DNA of 64,000 nucleotides from Gammaproteobacteria bacterium Ga0074134 (GCA_001464965.1 LNEJ01000031.1:44215-108214); one strand, 5' to 3'; shown: positions 1 through 10,142, counted from the stretch's first letter. Notes: generated by a model from the letters alone, not told the origin. Program-made: numbers and translations.

Positions 1-768
1 GCCACCGCCGGCCAGTGCGAAATCGGCACCCGCTTCAGCACCCTGGTGAAAAAGGCTGATGAGGTTCAGATCCTCAAATATGTCATCCAGAACGTCGCGC
101 ATGCCTATGGCAAGACAGTCACCTTTATGCCCAAGCCCATCGTCGGCGACAACGGCAGCGGTATGCACGTGCACCAGTCACTTTCCAAGGGCGGTAATAA
201 CCTGTTCGGCGGCAATCTGTACGGTGGTCTGTCCGAACTGGCCCTTTTCTACATCGGCGGTATCTTCAAGCACGCCCGCGCGCTGAATGCGATCACCAAT
301 TCCACCACCAACAGCTACAAGCGCCTGGTGCCGGGCTTCGAGGCGCCGACCATGCTCGCCTACTCGGCGCGTAACCGCTCCGCTTCGGTGCGTATTCCGT
401 ATGTGCCCAGCCCGAAGGCGCGCCGCATCGAGCTCCGCTTCCCGGATGCCAGCAGCAATCCCTACCTGGCCTTTGCTGCAATGATGATGGCGGGTCTTGA
501 TGGCATTCAGAACAAGATCCACCCCGGCGACGCCATGGACAAGGATCTGTACGATCTGCCGGCGGAAGAGGCGAAGAAGATCCCGACCGTGTGCCATTCA
601 CTGGACATGGCGCTGGATGCGCTCGACAAAGACCGCGCGTTCCTTACCGCGGGCGGCGTGTTCTCCAATGAGATGATCGACGCTTATATCGACCTGAAGA
701 TGAAGGAGGTCACGCGCTTCCGCATGACCACCCATCCGGTTGAGTACGACATGTATTACAGCCTGTAA
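1..768 (+). CDS. glnA: glutamine synthetase type I, C-terminal part (gene enters from the left edge)
   Basis: Frame 1 is open from base 1 ([20 protein letters not shown]) into the listed ORF 46..768. GS-I catalytic-domain strings are present: [38 protein letters not shown]. ntrB-ntrC follow, as in the classical arrangement. Confidence 0.95.
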   Translation, partial: ATAGQCEIGTRFSTLVKKADEVQILKYVIQNVAHAYGKTVTFMPKPIVGDNGSGMHVHQSLSKGGNNLFGGNLYGGLSELALFYIGGIFKHARALNAITNSTTNSYKRLVPGFEAPTMLAYSARNRSASVRIPYVPSPKARRIELRFPDASSNPYLAFAAMMMAGLDGIQNKIHPGDAMDKDLYDLPAEEAKKIPTVCHSLDMALDALDKDRAFLTAGGVFSNEMIDAYIDLKMKEVTRFRMTTHPVEYDMYYSL

Positions 769-795
769 TACGTTTTTTGTTTCATCTGTCTATCG

Positions 796-833
796 CCCCC
801 TGCGTGCTCCGGCATTCAGGGGGTTTCTTTTTT
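796..833 (+). terminator. rho-independent terminator after glnA
   Basis: CCCCCTG (796-802) pairs with CAGGGGG (817-823) and is followed by TTTCTTTTTT. Confidence 0.6.
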
Positions 834-1081
834 GGGCATTATCAAAATGGGCAGTCATGCCCGGTACTTGTGCGGACCGCACCATTATGGTGCGGTCGTC
901 GTGGGTATGCGTTATTATAAAGCTGTGTTGTTTTCCATTCTCTTGCGGAAGTAAAACACCGCTGCTGCACGGGGCTTCATAGTCTCGTTGTAATGTGTTG
1001 TATTTATTGTTTAATTTATTGATTTTCGATTTTTGGCGCGCGGCTGCCATGCCTTGGTTCAATTTTTGCTAAACCCTCCAT

Positions 1082-2158
1082 ATGCTGCCCGATGTTATGA
1101 CACAGGATGCAATAAGTCGACGCATCATTGATGCCCTCAATACCGCTGTATTGATGTTTGATGATGCGCTGCGCCTCATTTACATTAATCCCGCGGGTGA
1201 GATGATGTTCGCGGTGAGTGCAAGGCGGGTGCGGGGTATGCCAGTGCATGAGCTATTGCCGGGCGCCGAAGTGGTCATTGACGCCATGCGCAGGGCGCTA
1301 GAGAGCGGGTATCCATTTACTGAGCGTGAACTGCTGCTGATGCTGCCGGTGGATCGCAACATCACGGTGGATTTGACAGCGACCCCGTTGGGCGAAGTGC
1401 AGGGCAAGGAACTGGTGGTAGAAATGGTGCAGGTCGATCATCACATGCGCATTACCCGCGAGGAAAACCTGTTGGCTCAGCATAATGCGGCGCGCGCCGT
1501 GGTGCGTGGTCTGGCGCACGAGATCAAAAATCCCTTGGGTGGATTGCGCGGCGCCGCGCAGCTACTCGAGCGTGAATTGGGTGATGAGTCGCTCAAGGAA
1601 TACACCAATATCATCATCGGTGAGGCGGACAGGCTGCAGAATCTGCTGAACCGTATGCTGGGTCCTAATACCGTGCCGCATAAGCGCCTCATCAATATCC
1701 ACCAGGTGCTGGAGCGCGTGCGCGGCGTAGTGCTGGCCGAGGTGCCGGTGGGGGTAGAGGTCATCCGCGACTATGACCCCAGCATCCCGGATTTCAACGC
1801 TGATCAAGACCAGCTTATCCAGGCGCTGCTCAATATTGTGCGTAATGCGGTGCAGGCCATTGATGGGTCAGGCGAGATCATCTTGCGCACCCGGGTTCAG
1901 CGGCAGTTCACCATTGGCCCGCATCGTTACAAGCTGGCAGCAAGGGTTGATGTTATTGACAATGGGCCAGGGATTCCTGCCGACATGCTTGAAAGTATCT
2001 TTTACCCGATGGTTACCACCCGCCCGGAAGGCACAGGGCTGGGGCTGTCCATCGCCCAGTCGCTGGTACAGCAGCACGATGGCCTGATCGAATGCACGAG
2101 CCGTCCGGGGCGGACGGCGTTTGCAGTATTGCTCCCACTGGAGAAGGCCCATGAGTGA
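1082..2158 (+). CDS. ntrB: nitrogen regulation sensor histidine kinase NtrB
   Basis: N-terminal PAS-like region, H-box (RGLAHEIKNPLGG), and N and G boxes (NIVRNAVQA, DNGPGIP, GTGLGLS). Located between glnA and ntrC. Its stop overlaps the ntrC start. Confidence 0.9.
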   Translation: MLPDVMTQDAISRRIIDALNTAVLMFDDALRLIYINPAGEMMFAVSARRVRGMPVHELLPGAEVVIDAMRRALESGYPFTERELLLMLPVDRNITVDLTATPLGEVQGKELVVEMVQVDHHMRITREENLLAQHNAARAVVRGLAHEIKNPLGGLRGAAQLLERELGDESLKEYTNIIIGEADRLQNLLNRMLGPNTVPHKRLINIHQVLERVRGVVLAEVPVGVEVIRDYDPSIPDFNADQDQLIQALLNIVRNAVQAIDGSGEIILRTRVQRQFTIGPHRYKLAARVDVIDNGPGIPADMLESIFYPMVTTRPEGTGLGLSIAQSLVQQHDGLIECTSRPGRTAFAVLLPLEKAHE

Positions 2159-3560
2159 AAAGGAACATGTTTGGGTAATTGATGACGACCGGGCGATCCG
2201 CTGGGTGCTGGAACGGGCGCTCCGGCAGGCGGATATGGATGTCGCCAGTTTCGACAATGCGGCGGCGGCACTGCATGCGCTGGAGGAGGGTGCGCCGGAT
2301 GTCATCATCAGTGATATCCGCATGCCCGGCATGGATGGAATAAAGATGCTCGAACGCATCAAGACCGGGTACCCCGATCTGCCAGTGATCATCATGACCG
2401 CCCATTCCGATCTGGACAGTGCGGTGTCCGCCTATCAGGGCGGCGCCTTTGAATACATGCCCAAGCCATTTGATGTCGATGAAGCGGTGGATCTGGTGCG
2501 CCGCGCTGTCGACCAGAGCCGCCGCAACCGCACCGTACAAGTCGCGGACAAGGATCTGCCCACGCCCGAGATCATTGGCGAGGCGCCAGCCATGCAGGAG
2601 GTATTCCGTGCCATCGGCAGGCTTGCCAGGTCAAATATCACGGTATTGATCAATGGTGAATCCGGCACCGGCAAGGAGCTGGTGGCGCTCGCGTTGCACC
2701 GCCACAGCCCGCGCGCCAGCAAACCGTTTATTGCGCTTAACACGGCGGCGATCCCGCGTGACCTGCTGGAGTCCGAGTTGTTCGGCCATGAGCGCGGCGC
2801 CTTTACGGGGGCGCAGAATATGCGTCGCGGGCGTTTCGAGCAGGCCGATGGCGGCACGCTGTTTCTGGATGAGATCGGCGACATGCCGGCGGAATTGCAA
2901 ACCCGCTTTCTGCGGGTACTGGCGGACGGTGAGTTTTACCGTGTTGGCGGGCATACTCCCGTCAAAGTGGACGTGCGCATCATCGCCGCCACCCATCAGG
3001 ATCTTGAGCGGCGCGTCAAAGAGGGGCTGTTTCGCGAGGATCTGTTTCACCGCCTGAACGTGATCCGCATCCATATTCCGGCGCTGCGCGAACGGCGCAC
3101 GGATATGCCGCTGCTGCTGCGCCATTTTCTTAACAGCGCCGCGCGGGAGCTCAATGTCGAGCCCAAAACCCTGCGCCCCGACGCCGAGGCCTACCTGTGC
3201 CGGCTCGACTGGCCGGGCAATGTCCGCCAGCTTGAAAACACCTGCCGCTGGCTGACCGTAATGGCCTCGGGCCGCGAAATTCACATGGAAGACCTGCCGC
3301 CCGAACTGAAGCTTGACACCACAACTCCGTCCGTCAATGGTGATACATGGGAGGCTGCGCTCAAGACGTGGGCTGATCAGAGCCTGATGCGCGGCGAAGT
3401 GGGTGTGCTCGATCATGCCATGCCTGTTTTCGAGCGCATCATGATTGAAACCGCCCTCAAACACACTGGCGGCCGGCGCCAGGACGCCGCCCGGTTGCTG
3501 GGATGGGGCCGCAATACCTTGACACGTAAAATCAAAGACCTGGGGATGGGGGATGAGTAG
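2151..3560 (+). CDS. ntrC: sigma-54-dependent response regulator NtrC
   Basis: Receiver domain (VWVIDDD...SDIRMPGMDG), AAA+ sigma-54 activator domain (GESGTGKE, GAFTGA, ELFGHE) and a C-terminal Fis-type HTH. The start was moved to the internal ATG at 2151 (MSEKEHVW), which overlaps the ntrB stop. Confidence 0.93.
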   Translation: MSEKEHVWVIDDDRAIRWVLERALRQADMDVASFDNAAAALHALEEGAPDVIISDIRMPGMDGIKMLERIKTGYPDLPVIIMTAHSDLDSAVSAYQGGAFEYMPKPFDVDEAVDLVRRAVDQSRRNRTVQVADKDLPTPEIIGEAPAMQEVFRAIGRLARSNITVLINGESGTGKELVALALHRHSPRASKPFIALNTAAIPRDLLESELFGHERGAFTGAQNMRRGRFEQADGGTLFLDEIGDMPAELQTRFLRVLADGEFYRVGGHTPVKVDVRIIAATHQDLERRVKEGLFREDLFHRLNVIRIHIPALRERRTDMPLLLRHFLNSAARELNVEPKTLRPDAEAYLCRLDWPGNVRQLENTCRWLTVMASGREIHMEDLPPELKLDTTTPSVNGDTWEAALKTWADQSLMRGEVGVLDHAMPVFERIMIETALKHTGGRRQDAARLLGWGRNTLTRKIKDLGMGDE

Positions 3561-3603
3561 GGTTAAATCCTCGACTCTCAAAAAACCCAGTTAAAATGCC
3601 CTG

Positions 3604-4059
3604 ATGTTCCACGTTGTCCTCTATCAACCTGAAATACCGCCCAACACCGGCAATATCATCCGCCTATGCGCGAATGCCGGGGCGGGTTTGCATCTGATTC
3701 ATCCGCTGGGTTTCCGCCTGGAAGATGCCAAACTGCGGCGAGCGGGCCTTGATTACCATGAGTTCGCGCGCGTGGTGGAGCACGAAAGTTTCGATGCCTT
3801 TCTGGAAACAGTCCAGCCCGCGCGGCTGCTGGCGTGCTCCACGCGGGGCAGGCAGTGCTATGCGGATGTTGTTTTCCAGCCCGGTGACGCCCTCCTGTTC
3901 GGCCCGGAAACGCGCGGTTTGCCCGGTGAGTTGCTTGATACGCTACCGCCTGGGCAGCTATTGCGCATACCCATGCAGCCCGGCAACCGCAGCCTGAATT
4001 TATCGAACGCGGTTGCGGTTATCCTTTATGAGGCATGGCGGCAGCAGGGGTTTACCTGA
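3604..4059 (+). CDS. trmL: tRNA (cytidine/uridine-2'-O)-methyltransferase, SpoU/TrmL family
   Basis: 151 aa. The N-terminal string LYQPEIPPNTGNIIRLCANAG and the C-terminal SLNLSNAVAVILYEA are typical of TrmL. Confidence 0.85.
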   Translation: MFHVVLYQPEIPPNTGNIIRLCANAGAGLHLIHPLGFRLEDAKLRRAGLDYHEFARVVEHESFDAFLETVQPARLLACSTRGRQCYADVVFQPGDALLFGPETRGLPGELLDTLPPGQLLRIPMQPGNRSLNLSNAVAVILYEAWRQQGFT

Positions 4060-4068
4060 AGCTGGCTC

Positions 4069-4752
4069 TCAAGAATGGGCCGCGACGCGCTTCCAGCCGA
4101 GCAAGTAGGGGTCCAGCAGCCAATATTGGCCATCCTTACGCACCCATGTGATCTCCCGCGCGTAATTGGCTGGCCATGGCTTATTGAGAAAATTCTGTTC
4201 CGCCACTCGGATGATGCCCGCAGCCTCATCCACCTCCGTTATTACGGCGACATGGCCGGTGTTGAGAAATTCCTTGGCGTAGATCAATAAATCGCCCGGC
4301 TGCGGCGCGTCTGCCGAGCCATTGAGATAAGCCTGAAGCGGGATCTGAGCGCCATCCGCAACACGCGTAACGGCAGTGATCTTGCCCCAGAGGTCGGAGG
4401 CGGTATCGACATCGCCATAGACCACCCCCTTGTTGTTCAGCAGCCAGCGCCGCGCGAACTCCACACACTGCCATTTGATCCCGGTAAAAGTACCGCGCTC
4501 CTTGTTCGGGGCAAACACGAAACACTTCGCGCTGCAATTGGAATAGGCCGGCACATGATCCGGCGACGCCCCCAACAACACACCAAAAGGCGTCACGCAA
4601 TCACTCCGGCAACTCAGCGGCAGCACCGCCCCCGTTTCTACCGGCGGCACCCCGGCAACAGGCACACCCCCCGGGCTGGCGCACGCTGCGAGCAAGACCG
4701 GAAAAATAATGGCAGCAATGAAGCTCAACAGGGATCTGTGGGCTGAAGTCAT
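4069..4752 (-). CDS. CHAP-domain lipoprotein resembling the glutathionylspermidine amidase domain
   Basis: KWQCVEFARRW (catalytic Cys context) and GHVAVITEV (His) fit a CHAP/Gsp-amidase fold. The start was moved to the ATG at 4752, giving a lipobox signal peptide (LLAAC|ASP) with AAGGAG upstream. Confidence 0.7.
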   Translation of the reverse strand: MTSAHRSLLSFIAAIIFPVLLAACASPGGVPVAGVPPVETGAVLPLSCRSDCVTPFGVLLGASPDHVPAYSNCSAKCFVFAPNKERGTFTGIKWQCVEFARRWLLNNKGVVYGDVDTASDLWGKITAVTRVADGAQIPLQAYLNGSADAPQPGDLLIYAKEFLNTGHVAVITEVDEAAGIIRVAEQNFLNKPWPANYAREITWVRKDGQYWLLDPYLLGWKRVAAHS

Positions 4753-5282
4753 GTCCTGCTCCTTAGTGTTACCTAATATTTTTGGCAGTAGCGTAAGGAA
4801 GGCAGTGTAGCGCGCGCCACACACACGATCAAACTGTGGGAGTCGCTTATTACATCACACACTCCCGGCCTTGTATCGCATACGTCGCATCAGCCATGCC
4901 GCACTTGGTCAAGGTTATGCCTTGACACCGCGCCAGCGCGAGACGTAACGTGAATCCGTAGGGTCGCATTTCACTTAGGAAAAGGCTAGCAAGACAAGTG
5001 AGCGCCTCATCCTCGTCAAACTTGCGGCCACAGGAACACCATCGTGATGTTGAAACGCTCAGCAATGGCGCACGCACAATGCGGGCCAGCCCCGAAGCGA
5101 TCTTGGTATGCGGTATGGATTTCAGAGTGCTAAGTAGCCAATCAGCCTCCGCGATTCACGGGGCGGTTCATCTGCGGTTTTTAGGATCAAACGGCAGACT
5201 GGCGGTTGAAGCTGGGGTATCCGCCGTTGGCGGGGTGTCTTAAGTATGCAAAGCGCGCAAGATATCAATTTCTCCCGAGTAT

Positions 5283-5310
5283 TTGTATATTAACAAACAC
5301 TAATATACAA
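5283..5310. promoter_or_regulatory. perfect 10-bp inverted repeat, candidate operator upstream of the RND operon
   Basis: TTGTATATTA (5283-5292), 8-nt spacer, TAATATACAA (5301-5310), about 35 nt upstream of the adaptor gene start. Confidence 0.4.
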
Positions 5311-5345
5311 TAGCGCAACGCTGTACTCGGAAAGGAGAGAATGCC

Positions 5346-6407
5346 GTGCGCACATTACCTATGATCATACTGCTGGCGGGTTTGCTGGGCATATCGCAGG
5401 CGCTATCCGCTGCTGAACCCCCGCTCGCTGTGGCGCAGGCGCAATATCGTAGCGTGGCCGCGCAACAGGCGTTTGATGCGGTGGTTGAGGCAGTCAAGCA
5501 ATCCACCGTTTCGGCGCAGACGAGCGGGCGTGTTCAGGAAATTGCTGTGGATGTGGATGATCGTGTCGCCAAAGGGGCGGTGCTGGTGCGCGTGATGGAT
5601 ACCGAGCCACGCGCGCGGTTGACGCGGGAGCAGGCAGGGCTGAGCGAGGCGCAGGCCCGTTACAAGGAGGCGCAACAGGATTTTGAGCGCATCAAAGGGA
5701 TTTATGAAAAGAGATTGATTGCCAGGGTCGAGATGGATCGTGCAAGCGCCGCGCTCGATGCCGCCAAGGCGCGGCTGGAGGCCGCCCAGGCGCGTGTGAC
5801 GGAAAGCCGCCAGCAATTCGACTACGCGGTGGTGAAAGCGCCGTATAACGGCATTGTGGTCAAGCGTCATGTCGAGGTGGGCGAGACGGCTCAGGCGGGG
5901 CAGCCCTTACTGACGCTGCTTGCATTGGATCGCTTGCGTGTTTCGATTGAGGTTCCGCAAAGCTTCATCAAGACTGTGCGCGCCCAGGGTCGCGTTCATA
6001 TTTTGTTGCCCGCGCAAAATGGCGCCAGCCCGCGCACGGTTGAGGCCGCCCACCTCACGGTTTTCCCTTATGCCGATCCGGTGACGAATACGGTGAAGGT
6101 GCGTGCCGATCTCCCTGAAGGGGTGCAAGGAGTTTATCCCGGCATGTTCCTCAAGGCCTCTTTTGCCGGTGATGAGGAAAAGACCCTGCTGGTGCCGCAA
6201 GCCGCCGTGGTGCAACGCAGTGAGTTGACCGGCGTGTATGTGGTAAGTAAGGATGGCCGTGTAGCGCTGCGCCAGATTCGTGTGGGGCAGCGCTATGCCG
6301 ATGGCATGATCGAGGTACTGGCGGGGCTGGATGCGGGCGAGAATGTTGCGCTTGATCCGATACGCGCCATGGTCAATCTCAAGCAGCAGCGCGCGGCCAA
6401 ACCATGA
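5346..6407 (+). CDS. efflux RND transporter periplasmic adaptor (membrane fusion protein)
   Basis: Signal peptide, coiled-coil hairpin region (EAQARYKEAQQDFERIK...AKARLEAAQARV) and beta-barrel region. ATGA overlap with the downstream RND permease gene. Confidence 0.85.
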   Translation: MRTLPMIILLAGLLGISQALSAAEPPLAVAQAQYRSVAAQQAFDAVVEAVKQSTVSAQTSGRVQEIAVDVDDRVAKGAVLVRVMDTEPRARLTREQAGLSEAQARYKEAQQDFERIKGIYEKRLIARVEMDRASAALDAAKARLEAAQARVTESRQQFDYAVVKAPYNGIVVKRHVEVGETAQAGQPLLTLLALDRLRVSIEVPQSFIKTVRAQGRVHILLPAQNGASPRTVEAAHLTVFPYADPVTNTVKVRADLPEGVQGVYPGMFLKASFAGDEEKTLLVPQAAVVQRSELTGVYVVSKDGRVALRQIRVGQRYADGMIEVLAGLDAGENVALDPIRAMVNLKQQRAAKP

Positions 6408-9400
6408 GCGAACGCATGGGGATTTCCGGCGTCATCGCCAAGAAATTTTTGCACTCCCATATCACGCCTCTGCTGGCACTGGTCGGGCTGCTGCTCGGCC
6501 TGTTTGCGGTGCTGGTGACGCCGCGCGAGGAAGAGCCGCAGATCAAAGTTACCTTTGCCAATGTCTTTGTCGCCTTTCCCGGCGCGACGGCAAAAGAAGT
6601 CGAATCACTGATCAGCACGCCTGGCGAACAGGTGATGTCGGAGATCGAGGGCATCAAGCACATCTACTCGGTGTCGCAGCCGGGCATGGCGGTGTTTACT
6701 GTGCAATTCGATGTGGGGCAGGATCGCACGCAATCAATTGTGCGCCTGTATAACGCGATTTACTCCCACCAGGATTGGCTGCCCGCTCATCTGGGCGTGG
6801 GGCAGCCCATCGTCAAGCCTATGGGCATGGATGATGTGCCCATCGTTACGCTTACCCTGTGGACCGATGACGCGAAGCGTGGCGGCCATGATCTGCAACG
6901 GGTGGCGCATGCTATCGAGGCGGAATTGAAGCGCGTCCCCGGCACGCGTGACATTTACACCGTCGGTGGCCCTGACCGGGTGGTGCATGTGCAGCTTGAT
7001 CCCAAACGCATGGCGGCTTATGGCATTGCACTGGATGATCTGCGTGCCGCGTTGGCGGCGGGTAATGTATCGCGCGAGGCCGGTGCGCTGGTGTCCGGCA
7101 ATCGTGAGATACAGGTGCAGGCGGGCACCTTTCTGACGAACGGCGCAGAGGTCGCTGCGCTGGTGGTTGGTGTGCGCAACAATGCGCCCGTTTATCTTCG
7201 CGATGTGGCGAGCGTGACGCAAGGACCCGATCAGCCCGAACAGTATGTTTCTTTCGGTACCGGGCCTGCCGCGCAGGATAAGGGCGTCACCCTCAAAGGC
7301 GAGTTTCCCGCTGTCACCTTGGCGATTGCCAAACAGCCGGGCACCAATGCGGTCAGTATTGCCGATCAGGTGATCGAGCGCTATGAGCAGCTTGAAGGCA
7401 CTTTCGTGCCGGAGGGTGTGCATGGCACCGTGACACGCAATTATGGCGAAACCGCCAATGACAAGGCCATGAAGCTGATCGGCAAGCTGGCTTTCGCCAC
7501 AGCATTTGTAGTGCTGCTGGTCCTTTTCGCGCTGGGCTGGCGCGAGGCGCTGATCGTCGGCAGCGCCGTGGTCATTACGCTGATGATAACGCTGTTTGCC
7601 TCGTGGGCGTGGGGTTTCACGCTCAATCGTGTGTCGTTGTTCGCACTGATCTTCTCCATCGGCATTCTGGTGGATGATGCCATCGTGGTGGTGGAAAATA
7701 TCCACCGCCATAGGCAGATCGGCGACAAGCCGTTGGCCGAGGCCATTCCTCTGGCAGTGGATGAGGTCGGCAGTCCCACCATTCTCGCCACCTTCACCGT
7801 CATCGCCGCGCTGCTGCCGATGGCTTTTGTCACCGGCCTGATGGGGCCGTACATGGGGCCGATTCCGATCAACGCCAGCATGGGTATGCTGATCTCACTG
7901 GCGGTGGCCTTTGTAGTGACGCCATGGCTGACCTATAAGGTTCTGCGTAACGTCAAACACAAGAAGAGTCACGCGGCCCTTGTGGAAGGTGCCCAAGTGC
8001 ACACGGACGGCGAGGGCAGCGGACCTCTCTATGGGTTTTTCAAAAAATATGTCGGCCTATTTTTGCAAGGTGATGCGGGCAGGCTGCGGCGCTGGGCGCT
8101 GTTTGGCGCCATCATGCTGCTGATTGTGGTCTCCGTCGGCCTGGGCGTGGTAAAGCTGGTGGTACTCAAGATGCTGCCGTTCGATAACAAATCCGAGTTT
8201 CAGGTGGTGGTCGACATGCCGGAGGGCGTCACTGTGGAACAGACCGCGCGCGTGCTCAGTGAGCTGGGTGTGTATCTGGCGACCGTGCCCGAGGTAACGG
8301 ATTATCAGACCTATGCAGGCACGGCCGCGCCGATCAACTTTAACGGTCTGGTGCGCCAATATTATCTGCGCAAGGGTGCGAATGTCGGCGACATCCAGGT
8401 GAATCTGGTGGACAAGCATAAGCGCGACCGCAAGAGCCATGAGATTGCGGCTTCAGTGCGCGCCCCCTTGCAGGAAATAGGGCGCCGCCTGGGGGCCAAC
8501 GTCAAGATTGTCGAGGTGCCTCCCGGCCCGCCGGTGCAAGCGCCACTCGTCGCCGAGATCTACGGCATGGACTATGACGGCCAGATGCGTATCGCCAAAC
8601 GTGTGCGCGGAATATTTGAAAATACCCAGGATGTTGTCGATGTGGATGACAGCATCGAGGCCAACCAGAAACGCTTGATCGCGCATGTCGATCGCCAGAA
8701 AGCGGCGCAGTTGGGTGTATCGCAACAGAGCGTGGTAAGCGCGCTCAGCGCCGCGCTGGGTGGCGAGGACGCCAGTTACCTGCACGATGTCCATGCCAAG
8801 TATGCCGTGCCAATCCGCCTGGAATTGCCGGTGGCGGACAAGGCCGCTATCCAGTCGCTGTTGGACCTTAAAGTACGAAGCAATCAGGGCAAGCTCGTGC
8901 CCTTGTCCGAAATCACCACTGTGGAGCACAGCACGCGTGAACATGCCATTTATCACAAGGATTTGATGCCCGTGGTATTTGTCACCGGCGATGCGGCGGG
9001 GAAACTCGACAGCCCGCTGTATGGCATGTTCGAAATGCTCGGCAAGCTTGGCGATACGCCGATGGAGCATGGTGCGGTACTGGATCAGTCTCTGCTCAGC
9101 CAGCCGAATGATCCTTATAACTACGGATTGAAATGGGACGGTGAGTGGCAGATTACCTACGAGACCTTCCGCGACATGGGCATCGCCTACGGCGTCGGCA
9201 TGATCCTCATTTATCTGCTGGTGGTCGCGCAGTTTCGCTCTTATCTCACGCCGCTGATCATCATGGCGCCGATTCCGCTCACCATCATCGGCGTAATGCC
9301 GGGCCACGCCCTGCTCGGCGCGCAATTCACCGCCACTTCAATGATCGGCATGATCGCGCTGGCCGGTATTATCGTGCGCAACTCGATCCTGCTAGTGGAC

Positions 9401-9655
9401 TTTATCAATCAGGAAGTGAGCCGCGGCGTAGCATTCGAAGAGGCGGTAATCCGCGCCGGCAGCGTCCGCGCCAAGCCGATTGTGCTCACGGGCTTGGCGG
9501 CCATGCTCGGTGCGTTATTTATTCTGGATGACCCCATCTTCAACGGACTGGCAATCTCGCTGATCTTCGGCATCCTTGTTTCTACCCTGTTGACGCTGCT
9601 GGTGATACCGGTGATGTATTACGCGTTTATGCGCAAGCGAATTGTTTCTGGCTGA
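6404..9655 (+). CDS. RND efflux permease (AcrB/CzcA superfamily)
   Basis: 1083 aa with 12-TM/two-large-loop architecture. Contains the conserved TM4 string SIGILVDDAIVVVENI. Confidence 0.9.
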   Translation: MSERMGISGVIAKKFLHSHITPLLALVGLLLGLFAVLVTPREEEPQIKVTFANVFVAFPGATAKEVESLISTPGEQVMSEIEGIKHIYSVSQPGMAVFTVQFDVGQDRTQSIVRLYNAIYSHQDWLPAHLGVGQPIVKPMGMDDVPIVTLTLWTDDAKRGGHDLQRVAHAIEAELKRVPGTRDIYTVGGPDRVVHVQLDPKRMAAYGIALDDLRAALAAGNVSREAGALVSGNREIQVQAGTFLTNGAEVAALVVGVRNNAPVYLRDVASVTQGPDQPEQYVSFGTGPAAQDKGVTLKGEFPAVTLAIAKQPGTNAVSIADQVIERYEQLEGTFVPEGVHGTVTRNYGETANDKAMKLIGKLAFATAFVVLLVLFALGWREALIVGSAVVITLMITLFASWAWGFTLNRVSLFALIFSIGILVDDAIVVVENIHRHRQIGDKPLAEAIPLAVDEVGSPTILATFTVIAALLPMAFVTGLMGPYMGPIPINASMGMLISLAVAFVVTPWLTYKVLRNVKHKKSHAALVEGAQVHTDGEGSGPLYGFFKKYVGLFLQGDAGRLRRWALFGAIMLLIVVSVGLGVVKLVVLKMLPFDNKSEFQVVVDMPEGVTVEQTARVLSELGVYLATVPEVTDYQTYAGTAAPINFNGLVRQYYLRKGANVGDIQVNLVDKHKRDRKSHEIAASVRAPLQEIGRRLGANVKIVEVPPGPPVQAPLVAEIYGMDYDGQMRIAKRVRGIFENTQDVVDVDDSIEANQKRLIAHVDRQKAAQLGVSQQSVVSALSAALGGEDASYLHDVHAKYAVPIRLELPVADKAAIQSLLDLKVRSNQGKLVPLSEITTVEHSTREHAIYHKDLMPVVFVTGDAAGKLDSPLYGMFEMLGKLGDTPMEHGAVLDQSLLSQPNDPYNYGLKWDGEWQITYETFRDMGIAYGVGMILIYLLVVAQFRSYLTPLIIMAPIPLTIIGVMPGHALLGAQFTATSMIGMIALAGIIVRNSILLVDFINQEVSRGVAFEEAVIRAGSVRAKPIVLTGLAAMLGALFILDDPIFNGLAISLIFGILVSTLLTLLVIPVMYYAFMRKRIVSG

Positions 9656-9881
9656 CCGAAAGTTGAATCCGGATTACTCATTGGGCTGCGTGCTGATTAG
9701 GGTGGGGTGATGGGTTCAGTGTGCCAATTTTTTGTCGTGGATCGCGGCCTGACATTAATAATGCCGTATTGCAAAATCCCATAATTATTGTGATATCATC
9801 AATGCCGATGGTGAGGGGGGGACGTTTCTTGCCCAAGCCACCAGATGTCAGGCATGTCATTTATTTAGCGAGGATTGCGAT

Positions 9882-10115
9882 ATGAATAAAGCTTTAGTTG
9901 GTGCAGCAGCGATTGCCATTACCACCCTGTTCGGTTTCTCCACCGTGGCCAACGCCGATGAGAAGGCTGCCGGCGCTGCTGCCCCAGCCGCACCTGCCGC
10001 TGAGCACAAGGAAATGAAAAAGCACCACGAGATGAGCAAACACCACAAGAAAGAAAGCAAGGCTGAAGAGAAAAAGGAAGAGAAGAAAGAAGAAATGAAA
10101 GAAATGAAGAAGTAA
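9882..10115 (+). CDS. small secreted His/Lys/Glu-rich protein
   Basis: 77 aa. Signal peptide ending VANA|DEK, an Ala/Pro linker, then a charged tail EHKEMKKHHEMSKHHKKESKAEEKKEEKKEEMKEMKK. A strong terminator follows. Confidence 0.6.
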   Translation: MNKALVGAAAIAITTLFGFSTVANADEKAAGAAAPAAPAAEHKEMKKHHEMSKHHKKESKAEEKKEEKKEEMKEMKK

Positions 10116-10142
10116 TTAATACGTTTATTTCGTATTGCGCAA

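Noticed and set aside
2631-3581. Long antisense or alternative-frame ORFs inside well-supported genes. Examples: 2631..3581(-), 6734..7711(-), 8453..9325(-), 12916..14025(+), 15436..16176(-), 17283..17942(+), 20227..21072(+), 32582..33436(+), 37458..38129(-), 40625..41452(-), 47325..48101(-), 49468..50199(-), 59779..60507(-), 62695..63327(-).
   Set aside because: These are typical shadow ORFs of GC-rich coding DNA. Their translations are Arg/Ala/Pro/Gly-rich or low-complexity with no motifs. Each fully overlaps a gene with clear family signatures on the other strand or in another frame.
4825-5282. A 0.46-kb gap with ORFs 4850..5077(-) and 4998..5243(+). I looked for a decayed transposase, regulator or toxin-antitoxin remnant.
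   Set aside because: No frame gave a recognisable motif. The CSCGRKF string is too short to call a zinc ribbon. No RBS, no repeats and no similarity to the other repeat families were found. It is left as unexplained spacer.
5283-5310. The AT-rich palindrome considered as a dif (XerCD) site, given xerD in the window.
   Set aside because: It does not match the dif layout (11-nt XerC arm, 6-nt centre, 11-nt XerD arm such as GGTGCGCATAA-TGTATA-TTATGTTAAAT). It sits at a promoter-proximal position, so an operator is more plausible.
9678-10060. Minus-strand ORFs 9678..9860 and 9857..10060 around the small secreted protein gene.
   Set aside because: They have no RBS and an odd composition. The second is antisense to the plus-strand ORF, which has a signal peptide and a terminator.
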